58,976 nucleotides of DNA from Neoechinorhynchus agilis (taxonomy: Eukaryota > Animalia > Acanthocephala), in contig JBMGUZ010000012.1 of NCBI GenBank assembly GCA_051530055.1, positions 1-58,976 on the forward strand, written 5' to 3'. Positions within the stretch are counted from its first letter, which is position 1. Each line of letters starts with the position of its first letter. The notes beneath the pieces are model-generated. The model worked only from the letters and a program-made list of their open reading frames with translations, did not search any database and was not told the origin of the DNA. The position numbers and the translations under genes are program-made. Shown here piece by piece: positions 32,001-42,700 of this stretch.

Positions 32001-33750
32001 CGACGAATCCGATGAGATGAGCAGTCGACCTCCAGTGATGGGCGAAAGCTCGTCAAATCAAGGTGATTTTAATGATTTCGATTCATCAGAAGAGAACGAA
32101 GGCATATCGAAGCCTGGAGAAAATCAGCAAAATGACGACGAATCCGATGAGATGAGCAGTCGACCTCCAATGATGGGCGAAAGCTCGTCAAATCAAGGTG
32201 ATTTTAATGATTTCGATTCATCCGAAGAGAACGAAGGCATATCGAAGCCTGTAGAAAATCAGCAAAATGACGACGAATCCGATGAGATGAGCAGTCGACC
32301 TCCAATGATGGGCGAAAGCTCGTCAAATCAAGGTGATTTCAATGATTTCGATTCATCAGAAGAGAACGAAGGCATATCGAAGCCTGGAGAAAATGTGCAA
32401 ACTGACGGCGATTCGAATGTGATGAGCAGTCGACCTCCAATGATGGGCGAAAGCTCGTCAAATCAAGGTGATTTTAATGATTTCGATTCATCCGAAGAGA
32501 ACGAAGGCATATCGAAGCCTGGAAAAATGTGCAAACTGACGGCGATTCGAATGTGATGAGCAGTCGACCTCCAATGATGGCGAAAGCTCGTCAAATCAAG
32601 GTGATTTTAATGATTTCGATTCATCCGAAGAGAACGAAGGCATATCGAAGCCTGGAGAAATGCAATCCGATTATGATTTGAATGTGATGAGCAGTCGACC
32701 TCCAATGATGGGCGAAAGCTCGTCAAATCAAGGTGATTTTAATGATTTCGATTCATCCGAAGAGAACGAAGGCATATCGAAGCCTGGAGAAAATCAGCAA
32801 AATGACGACGAATCCGATGATGAGCAGTCGACCTCCAATGATGGGCGAAAGCTCGTCAAATCAAGGCGAATTTTATGATTTCGATTCATCAGAAGAGAAC
32901 GAAGGCATATCGAAGCCTGGAGAAAATCAGCAAAAAGACGACGAATCCGATGAGATGAGCAGTCGACCTCCAATGATGGGCGAAAGCTCGTCAAATCAAG
33001 GTGATTTTAATGATTTCGATTCATCAGAAGAGAACGAAGGCACATCGAAGCCTGGAGAAAATCAGCAAAAAGACGACGAATCCGATGAGATGAGCAGTCG
33101 ACCTCCAATGATGGGCGAAAGCTGGTCAAATCAAGGTGATTTTAATGATTTCGATTCATCAGAAGAGAACGAAGGCATATCGAAGCCTGGAGAAAATGAG
33201 CAAATTGACGACGAATCCGATGAGATGAGCAGTCGACCTCCAATGATGGGCGAAAGCTGGTCAAATCAAGGTGATTTTAATGATTTCGATTCATCAGAAG
33301 AGAACGAAGGCATATCGAAGCCTGGAGAAAATCGAAGCAAAAAGACGACGAATCCGATGAGATGAGCAGTCGACCTCCAATGATGGGCGAAAAGCTCGAA
33401 GTCCAATCAAGGTGATTTTAATGATTTCGATTCATCAGAAGAGAACGAAGGCATATCGAAGCCAGGAGACAAACAGCAAAATAACGACGAATCCGATGAG
33501 ATGAGCAGTCGACCTCCAGTGATGGGCGAAAGCTCGTCAAATCAAGGTGATTTTAGTGATTTCGATTCATCAGTTGAGAACGAAGGCATATCGAAGCCTG
33601 GAGAAAATCAGCAAAAAGACGACGAATCCGAGGGCAATTAGAATTAAGATTATACTTCGTAGAATTAGTTATTAGTGATAGACAGATATTTTTCAATAGA
33701 TTTGTTGATCATAATTCTGCGTCTCGTGTGTTCTGCTATTGCTGCCTTTA
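29048..33750 (+). repeat. Inverted duplicate of 8303-11903 (upstream region plus acidic repeat gene)
   Basis: Upstream 29048-29818 matches 11140-11903 reverse-complemented; the 3' flank matches to 33750/8303. Confidence 0.92.
29819..33640 (+). CDS. Second copy of the secreted D/E/S-rich 45-aa-repeat gene (~27 units); multiple frameshifts (pseudogene or sequencing error)
   Basis: Identical signal peptide and N-terminus. Repeat-encoding ORFs 29819, 30533, 31477, 32660 and 32733 hop frames at 1-nt indels; the gene ends ...DESEGN*. Confidence 0.7.
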
Positions 33751-33980
33751 AAAGTTACAAATCGGAACTGAGATCCACCGGCCCTGCATTTTATTCAATG
33801 CTCTCGATCGCTTGATAAAATTAAAATGCTTTAAAGATATGTTCCCTCGTGGATTTTTCGGACGAGAATTGGATAAAAAATTGCTATTTTCGAAACATCT
33901 TTTGTTCATTGATCACAGAGAGCGGATTTGAGTTTCGCGTTTTTCCGCGCACTTCGGTGTAATATTTAACCAAAAATTCA
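33750..33980 (+). repeat. ~230-bp diverged direct repeat (partner ~36588-36820)
   Basis: aaagttacaaa.cggaactga.atcca.cggcc.tgcatttta...gtggatttttcggacgagaattggataaaaaa occurs at both sites. The first copy starts exactly at the breakpoint of the acidic-gene duplication. Confidence 0.85.
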
Positions 33981-34717
33981 AATAAAAAAATTTATTCGGC
34001 AAAGGCAAACAACCATAAAATTTCTGACATTCCATTAAGGATTGGGTCCCGTTATTTTGATAGTCTGCCCAGCTCCAACTGTTTATCCTTTGAACCGAAC
34101 TGGGGACAGCTGGACTTTCGAAAATCCTCCAGAATTCCGGTGATTCCGTATATCGATAAGTTACGTTGAATCTACGAGCAGATTTAAATGCTAAAATAGA
34201 TCCTTAATTTTTGTTAAAGGCTTCCATTGTGTTCATGATGAACATTTGAACGAAAGGTGCCAATTTGTTTTTTGAAATGGGAATTTTTTCAACAAAGACC
34301 GAAGAAGGAAAAACCTAAGCACTTAATAATTTAAAAATTTGCGTGCTTAAAACAAAGTTTAATTCTTAAAAAGAGGACCAAAAAACACTTTATGGCCATT
34401 CCAAGCAACTGGTCAAGAGGAAAAACCTTAGTACTTCAACATTTTAAGTTTGGATGAAATGAAAAAATATCTCAGTTTTTGGTACGTGTGGGTATCGAAA
34501 CTTTTAAATTTTTTGTAAAAACCATGATTACAGAAAGCTCAAAAGATTAACGCGATGGATATTTTCGCCTTTATGCAATCATTAACACAATCACCGAGCC
34601 CACATTCGTCCTTTGTTTTTTGTTTTGAGCAACAAAACCGATACGTATTAATTCGCAATATCGTTCCTTGCTCGATTGCCTTTCCCAAGGAGACGGATAA
34701 CATTTTCAAATAAAGAC

Positions 34718-35446
34718 ATGAATCCAGAAATAAGCAAAATCCTTTTACGTTTAATTCAACGATTGAGCGATAATATTCCGACAAGTGACAGTCAACGGTT
34801 TGAAAACCACATTTTAATTATGGAGGCTACAATGGAATCCATGCGGATTCTGGCGAGCCAAAATGCGACGAGCAAACCAACGCCAGGTGAGTTCCACAAA
34901 AACCTCATATCGATTCCATTATTTCAAATGAGTTTAGGAGTGTCATTTCCTTCAATGAATTCAACTCGAAGTAACCAGCCAGTAAATCTTGATAGAACAT
35001 TTGCCGGTTTGTTGAGAATGGCACCTTCGAACACTGCGGCGTCCGCATTGTCAGTGGCCGCAAACTTAGCAAACGCCCAGCAACAGTGTTTCCGAATAAC
35101 TTCCGAACAGTCCAAGGAGCAAAAATCGGCCGAAACAAATCGAATGATTGGCAATACCAACCAAGAACTTGAAGATTTAATGCAATTCATAATTCAAAAT
35201 GCCGATGCCATCGCTGAGAGTCGTCCGCCGCAAATCTTTCCGAGAATAAATGATAATAATCGAGTCGGCGTCATCAGTCTCGAGATGGTAGATGAACGCC
35301 AAGATTCAGTCGGCAATCCTCAAGCTTTTCTTCAAAAAACATCGCAGCCAACAATGCCTTGGATTTGTGCAAAATGCGGAACTTTCTTAACTCCATCGTG
35401 GCATCAATATAAAGGTTCGGTCTACTGCTTTTCATGCGCTGACTAG
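34718..35446 (+). pseudogene. 3'-truncated inverted copy of the GATA-like zinc-finger gene
   Basis: Near-identical to 24906-24180. Homology stops at 35444 and a TAG immediately follows CFSCAD. Confidence 0.8.
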
Positions 35447-37779
35447 TTCTTGGGCTTTTTTGAGATGATTTCCTTTCCCTACGGCCCGGAATGTTGGTTC
35501 CTTGGCGATTCCATTGCTGAAAAAATTCGATTTGCACTTTATCGAAACTTTGTTTACGAAATTAACTGAGAACGATATTTGGCCAATTGCAATCGCGATT
35601 TCGCTTGGATGGGCCGTTGATATGATAAAGAAAATCTTTATTTTCGAGCTTTCGCAGTCTTACGGCTGACGGGAAACGTTCGTAAACTACTGAATCCGGA
35701 CGCAAAATCTATGCTATCTCCCGTACTTGAACCTTTAGAAAATAGCCGAAGAATCAAAGGATTCAATTTATTTTAAGATGAGCTTTCTAAAGACTATTTT
35801 CAAGTGCTGGATTTGCCCAAAAATTATCCAAAAAAGTGAATTATTGTGTTAAACGAAGAAGCAAACTGCGACTGTAGAGGTTTCTTTTTTTATAGATTCC
35901 CATTTTCGTTAAACAGAATTGTTGAAAATTAATGATATTTTCTTTGAAGATGACTCATTTTTCAAAAACTCTTCGGTTGGTTTTGGAAATCACCTCTAAC
36001 GAGGTTTTAAGACGATTAATTCTTTTTAGTGTGTCTTTAAAAGAAAAATGTCAGGAAATCAAACGAACAACTAAACAAGAAGGTGGATGTTCGGAAATGT
36101 ACCAATAATCCCCAATAACAAATCAATTAGTCCGTAACACTAACGACTGTCAATTGGTTTCAACTGAGTTACACTTTATCCCGAGAACAGAAGAGTAAGA
36201 TTTTTACTTCGAGATGTACAAAAACGATCGCTTACCACGATTTGGACGCTAAAAATAGGAAACAAATTCTCTTTTTTCATAGCTTCCTGATTTCATTGTT
36301 CCGCTCGCGCATTTTGTTGTCATCTTTTTTAAACATTCTTCTTTAAATTGATTCAAGAAGTCGGCTAAAGGTTTGTTGGAATTCTACGAAAACAAATCGT
36401 TTAGTTCGTGTTCCCTTAGCATCTTTACGGTCTCTCTTTATCTTATTAATTAGTTAAAATTAAAATATTTTAATTGGCGTTGATGAATTGCGATCTTCAT
36501 GAATTCATTGCGACTCCTCCAAAAGGACCCATTCCATTTGCGATCCAAACACGGCTCACGGAAAGGGCAAACTGAGATCGTACTTTAAAAGTTACAAAGC
36601 GGAACTGAAATCCATCGGCCTTGCATTTTAGTTCAATCCGCTCGATCGCTAGATAAAATTAAAATGCTTTGAAGATATGTTCCCTGGTGGATTTTTCGGA
36701 CGAGAATTGGATAAAAAAATGGATATTTTCGAAATATCTTTTGTTCATTGACCACAGAGCGGATTTGAGTTCGAATTCGCGTTTTCCGTGCACTTCGGTG
36801 TAATATTTAACCAAAAATTCAAATATAACATTCGGCTGAGTGTAAAAAACGAGGTCGAACGCTGATCGACGGAATGCCGCATTTTTGTTTGCAAAAATAC
36901 TCAGCAAAGTGGCATGGAGATTGAGATTCCTAAACCTTTCACCGGATGCGAATAATGATGGTATTCTCGACGGAGAAAACTTTTTATAGGTAATGAGCGT
37001 GTTTGTGAGACGCTGAGGAAGTCCCCGATACCGCCGTTGTCTTCTACCTTCATTTCCACGAATCCTGCTCAAGAGTTGGCTACGATCTTTTACCGAATCT
37101 TCGAAATGTCTATTCTTGGTTCACGCGTAAAGATTTTGTCAGAATTTTGTCAAATGCAATCCTTGCGCTTATTTTTAGTTGTTCTCTTGCGCGAATGATT
37201 AATTGCATTTGAATAAAGGCATTTCGGTTTAAGGAACTTTGTCAAAGTTGTATAGATATTAAAAATCCTTTTTAAAAATTACCCGATTACAGCAACATTT
37301 TCTAATTCCATCGATGAACTTCGTTTTTCACGTTGGTTTTGGAGGTTTGTAATATAATTCTTAACTTTCAATATGAATTCTGATGGTCGTCGAGTCAAAA
37401 ACGTATCGATGCTTAATTTTAAGAATCATTCATATTATTGATTTCAAGTTAAGTCTCCGCTGGATTTAATGAAAGTTCTGGACTTTTTACAAGAGCCAAA
37501 AATGAATTTATGTGATTATTTCGCTACAACAGGAAAATTTAGTACCCGAACAAAAATCGATGGTTTATTGAAACCAATCAATAATAGCGAATATGTGTGT
37601 GAAAGCGTCAATCGCTCACAATAAACTTTATTTCAAGCTAACATCTCGCTTTATCTGTGATTCCAAGCTAAGGAACCCAAAAGGATGTCTCCATCCCATT
37701 GTTGGAACCACAAAATACGCGAGGATTCGTTAATCCCCGCTTTTCACTTGCCCCATTAAGCAATCCGATTCAGTTGAAC

Positions 37780-40032
37780 TCAATTTTCTCCTTGAAAATT
37801 GCCTGCATTCTCATCCAAGCGTTTCGCAGCTTCCTCGTCGACCCGATTATAGTCTTCCAAACTATGTATATAAAACAACTTAGGATCGATTGTTGTTATT
37901 GTCCTGAAAAGCAAATCCTCTGTAACGGGCCTTTCAATACTTTCTTTGATCGCCATTGCAGTTTGGAAAGTATTGGCGATGTCCTTATCGTTTCTGACCC
38001 GAATCATCTTCCATTCACCTCTCTCGACAACGCATTCGATTATCTTTTCATTGCATTGAAACAATTGAGCCGTGAGTCGAATCCGGGCGAACGGTTCATT
38101 GTACTTTCTAACATACAGAAATCCACCAGAACCGATTTTTCGCTTTTCCATCACGTGGCCAGGAATTACCAATTTGAAGTCGACCGAATTCAGTCGTGGA
38201 GGTTTATACTTTAGCAGCTCGTAAAATGTTCCAAAAATATAAGGCATATAAACGGGCTGAAATATAAGACCGTCTGTCTCATGAGGGACTTCTCTTTTAA
38301 ACTTCTCATTCAAAAGATGTTTACTGTGTTTGAGGCCGTAAAAATCCTTTCTTCGAATCCCAAACGGTTCTCGACTTCGGTCTATCGCTCCGCATTCCAT
38401 TGCACGATGACGAGGCAAAATAATCTCTCTCAAAATTAGTTCCAAGCGTTTATCAAAGTCGAGTTCTTTACCGGCAGGATGCCCGTTGAATGCCAAGACG
38501 TCGAATATAAGAAATCGAGGAATCCGTTTGCCTTCAACTACATCTTCCACCATCTCTCCATCAAGTAAAGTCTGACGAAGATGATCTTTGATGCCACGTT
38601 TCGTCACAAACGTCAGGTTTCTCACTTTAAAGATTGAATTGCGCCGGTCAACCATATAAATTTCGTTTTTCGCTCGAATTAAACACAAATACCGGGTTCC
38701 GTCATCCTTCCAGCTTACGCGATAATCCAACTGCCGCAATGTTTGGATATTATTGAGTGTCATTGATACCGGCTGGCTACCGATGAATCCTCTTCCATGA
38801 CTTTCTGGGCAAAGGTCCTTTATGTTTTGTCGAATTTCGTTGATTTTTCTTCGATCTCTGTCGTATCTTAGTCGATAGATGAACGGAACATCTACCGAGA
38901 AGCCCTCTGATAAACCTGTTGGTTGGTTTACTTCCTCATTCGAACTATCCAGAATGGAAGGATTTGGTTTTTCCGCTAGCGCGTCGATTTTCCTTTTTGA
39001 TTTAAAATCTGCCGACTTTGGGTCAACTGCAACCCTTTTTCTACGTGGACTTTGTTCCCGGGTTTCCGAGTCCGTTGTTTGCGCCATTTGATTCGATCTT
39101 TTACGAAAACCGATGTCTTCATTTGATCTTTTTCTCGATTTCATGTGTTCATCCTCCTCTTTAATTATTTGAGTCTTGAGCGAAGCATTTAACTCAGTTT
39201 GATGATCAGCGGACGATTGCGAAACTCTTCGCTTCGACCGAATGCTGTGCTCGTCCGAATCACTTATGGATCGTTTTCGTCCACCAGCGATCTTCTTTCT
39301 CTTAATGCCGGCGATATCGATTACGTCGTTTGCTTCTTGCTTTGATCCATAATTTGTACTGGTTTCGATACTCACGGCTTCTGTCGAATTCTTGGTGGAT
39401 GCCGGATCCTTGGTATCAATTTTGCGCTTTAATAGCACGCCGGTTCGCCAACTCGAGTACCGTAATCTCAATCCGTGAATAACTCGAGGAGCTTGAATTC
39501 CTGGGGCACGACATCTCCGAAATTCCGCTATGGCACTTCTCAATTTCATTTTCTTCTTTTCAATCAGATAAGAAGAAATAAGAAAACCGGATTGATTGTA
39601 TCCGCGTGTACAATGAACCGCGATGACTGAATTCGGTTTCGATTCCAGAAGGCTATCACAAATCTCCATAAATCTGTTTTTGATTTCCTTTCTCGGATAA
39701 TCCTTGTGTTCGTCGCAGGGCAGAGAATAGTGCAATACATTGAAATGATCTGTGAATTCTTTGCTTTGATAATATTCTTCGTTATTGATAAGGCTAATGA
39801 TCCCGGCAATAGATCGATTTTCGGCAATTTGGTGCATCCGGTTAATAGCAATCGCAGGAGTGAATCGTTTTGCCTCTGGAATGAGCGAATCGTATTGTGA
39901 CGATAAAGGAGTCTTGCAAACGATAAAGCGGTCATTAATGAGATACGAACTCATCGGTGCTGTATTTAACCACTGATGAGGAATTCGTAGAATTGATTTT
40001 GGTTGATTAATCGTGATTTTTTCCGAAGTCAT
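37780..40032 (-). CDS. RNGTT: mRNA capping enzyme (cysteine-phosphatase-type RNA triphosphatase + guanylyltransferase), intronless, 750 aa
   Basis: IPHQWLN / RFIVCKTPL N-terminus; P-loop VHCTRGYNQSGFL (canonical HCTHGFNRTG); GSQPVS; motif I YRVSWKDDGTRY; TLLDGEMV; FLIFDV; ETDGLIFQP; LLKYKP..LNSVDF; RVRNDK..ANTFQTAMAI..SIERPVTEDLL. Confidence 0.93.
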   Translation of the reverse strand: MTSEKITINQPKSILRIPHQWLNTAPMSSYLINDRFIVCKTPLSSQYDSLIPEAKRFTPAIAINRMHQIAENRSIAGIISLINNEEYYQSKEFTDHFNVLHYSLPCDEHKDYPRKEIKNRFMEICDSLLESKPNSVIAVHCTRGYNQSGFLISSYLIEKKKMKLRSAIAEFRRCRAPGIQAPRVIHGLRLRYSSWRTGVLLKRKIDTKDPASTKNSTEAVSIETSTNYGSKQEANDVIDIAGIKRKKIAGGRKRSISDSDEHSIRSKRRVSQSSADHQTELNASLKTQIIKEEDEHMKSRKRSNEDIGFRKRSNQMAQTTDSETREQSPRRKRVAVDPKSADFKSKRKIDALAEKPNPSILDSSNEEVNQPTGLSEGFSVDVPFIYRLRYDRDRRKINEIRQNIKDLCPESHGRGFIGSQPVSMTLNNIQTLRQLDYRVSWKDDGTRYLCLIRAKNEIYMVDRRNSIFKVRNLTFVTKRGIKDHLRQTLLDGEMVEDVVEGKRIPRFLIFDVLAFNGHPAGKELDFDKRLELILREIILPRHRAMECGAIDRSREPFGIRRKDFYGLKHSKHLLNEKFKREVPHETDGLIFQPVYMPYIFGTFYELLKYKPPRLNSVDFKLVIPGHVMEKRKIGSGGFLYVRKYNEPFARIRLTAQLFQCNEKIIECVVERGEWKMIRVRNDKDIANTFQTAMAIKESIERPVTEDLLFRTITTIDPKLFYIHSLEDYNRVDEEAAKRLDENAGNFQGEN

Positions 40033-42374
40033 TCTTGATGATTGATAGATATCGTAGACTATTTTTGAGGATTATAAGATCGTTTCGCTTTACTTGGTCG
40101 TTTTTGAAAAGGTTATCTCGGATTGCAAATAAGCAAACATGACGCAAATATTGATTTTGGACTCACAAATATTGAAAGAGTATTGTTATTTGGATATTAA
40201 GCGTTGAGCCACATGAAAGGCTTTCTATTATCATTGCTTTGACTTAGTTTAAGGAAACAGCAAATTTTTGGATTTAAGACTTTAACAAAAATTAAGCCCG
40301 CATTTTCCAATGAGGACGATGTCTCTGGCCGAATTCGATGATAACGAGCAATTCTTTAGATTTTATTCGGATAACAAATCACTTAAAAAACGCGTATCAT
40401 TTGAATAACACGAATTCAGGTTTTGAAAGGCCTTAAAGATCTCATTTGTTAGACCCAGCGAATGTATAGCGCCCAGTAGCTTTGCTGAACAAAGAATCAG
40501 ACGAATCTTAGGACTTATCATCCCGGGTAATCGTGATAGCCACAATCAACTCACAAAAAGGAGGATGATCGCCTACTGGCAAGGATTTATGAACTTGTTG
40601 CGGAATCTAGGCAGCTAAATTTTCTTTAACAGGAAAACCAACTTATTTTAGACTCTTTTAAACCTTTTGTAATGCCAACAAATGTAAAAGTGGCCAGCGA
40701 ACGATCAGTGATTGTAATGCCGACACTAAGTTCATCGATAAGCGACGTATTGAAATTAAAAAAAGAAGCTCCTTCGAAGGGAAGATCAATTGAAAGGATT
40801 TAAATAGACTTGTCGAATACATGGAAGAGTGGTCGAAAATCCATCACAGAAGGTAACCGTAAGCCGTCTTTGAAAGGAAAGAGATCCCCGGCGCATTTGG
40901 TTGGGCGTTAATTCCTGTGCTTTTCGATAAAGTTGGATATTCTAACATCAAGACTCTATTTGTCCTCTAAATCTATAGAATGCTTTAATCGATGTCTTAT
41001 TAATGATTTTGATTTAATCGCATCCTTATCTTTGCAGCAGTTCGATCTTTTAGTGAAGAATTCAACCTCGAACACATGACGGTCTCTAAGTCTGCTCATT
41101 TTTGTTTCTAATTCCTATAAACGATTCAATAAGGATAAAATCCAACGGCAAATTGGAATCTTCGTAAGGGCGACCACTTCTCCGATGGGTTCTGGAGGGT
41201 GATTACGAACAAGAAACCGTATCTTCTTCTAATGTGGCAGCCGGCTAACGAAGCCGTGGAATAAATTTCTTATCAAGTTCTGTGAATTTCTATTAAAACC
41301 TTTCCCTTTTATTAGAATGTCGCATGTTCATTACAATAAAATTCGGTAGCACGTTCATTCGAAAGCAACGCTTGAGGACGATTTCAGCATCTCCTGATTC
41401 TCAGTGTATTTGATCATTTCGAAGAAAATCGGCTTGCTCAATTGAATTTTGATCAGTCGGTGGATTGTCCACTGATTTCTAAACCGCTTGTTATCTTTTT
41501 CGAATTTATCCAAATTAAGCAACTGAAAACAAATGCGGCTACAAAATACTAATTAAATAGCCCGTGAGATTTTTAGGTTTAAAGGAAATTTCAGTTCAAT
41601 TCTTCCTTTGGGAGCATCGAGTCCAGTTAGACAAAATGCGAACATCGAATAAATAAAATGACTTTATATTTGAATTCCCGTCACTTAAACGCAATGGGTT
41701 TTTAGCGTTTCAATTTTTAGGCCATGAATCGATATTTCTGATTGAAAAATAACGATTTTTTTATCGATTCTAAATTTTTATTCGAAGAAGCTTAAAACTG
41801 TCCGTCGGTACAATAATAAACATTTTCTATTCAGCACTTTAGAAAACCCAATAAAATCGCTTTAAACCTAAGACTTTGAGCAAGCAAACAAAATGACTAC
41901 TTTTCCCGAATTGATTTATCGATAAAAAGTCGACTAAAAATTTTAAATGTGCGCCGAATAATAAAACGGACCCGAATTCTGTCGTTTTTTCGTAACTTCC
42001 AAAACGCCGTCCGCTTTCTAAAGCGCTGCACCCGCATTCCTCGCGTCGTTCTGTTTTGTTCTCCGGTGAATCGAGCGACTTTGGCGATGGTGGAAAATCG
42101 TTTACGTTCGTACCGAGGACGAATGGAAGCGTCTCAATGCAAGTGAGTAATATTTTGAAATTGTGGGAAATCTCTGTTTTTCCTTTGAAATAATGTTGAA
42201 TTTTCGTATTTCCAACGACAGCAGTATGCAAACCATGTAACAAGTTGTAGAGCTCGAAAGTTGATGGGACGAACTCATTGGCGACTTTAAGTGTCGGGCG
42301 GGCCATTCTGAAAATGTCAAATGCAGTAAGGAGCGTATATTGAGGAGCAACCTTAAAATGGGCGGATTTGGCCG

Positions 42375-42700
42375 ATTTCCAGCAATGATGTGCATCCAAC
42401 TATCGATTTCGACTTTAGATTCAGAGTAATCTCTACCCAACTCGATGACAATATCTTGTCTCTCATGTCTAATCGAAATCATGTTGCAGACCGGGCATTC
42501 CACATGCCAGCACAGGTTATTCAGAGCTGAAGGTGTACCAGATGCATCAGCTCAGATTCACATTCCGAACTAAATCGTTCGGTGGCTAATCCTCCGCAGA
42601 GGCAGCCGCACGCTCTGAAGCATCCTCTATCTTCGACCCTTTGGAAGAAATTCGGGCCTCGGGGCCCATGGGTGCTAACTGCGAGTCCCCCTCGAAACAC
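42375..42700 (-). pseudogene. Internally deleted fragment of the ORF2 paralog
   Basis: The -1 frame reads VFRGGLAVSTHGPRGPNFFQRVEDRGCFRACGCLCGGLATERFSSECESEL, then a ~270-nt deletion, then SGTPSALNNLCWHVECPVCNMISIRHERQDIVIELGRDY; homologous to 3804-4390. Confidence 0.85.

Noticed and set aside
36659-37072. 137-aa ORF and the related 17523..17708 ORF as genes
   Set aside because: No ATG start or motif, and homologous copies elsewhere in the window (33750-33980, 37095-37287) do not keep the frame.
40300-41450. Possible older decayed PLE on the minus strand (LKRCFRMNVLPNFI; SRLPGMISPKIRLILCS)
   Set aside because: Only faint echoes of PLE N-terminal and pre-A motifs; no recognisable RT motifs A-C. 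It needs a translated HMM search.
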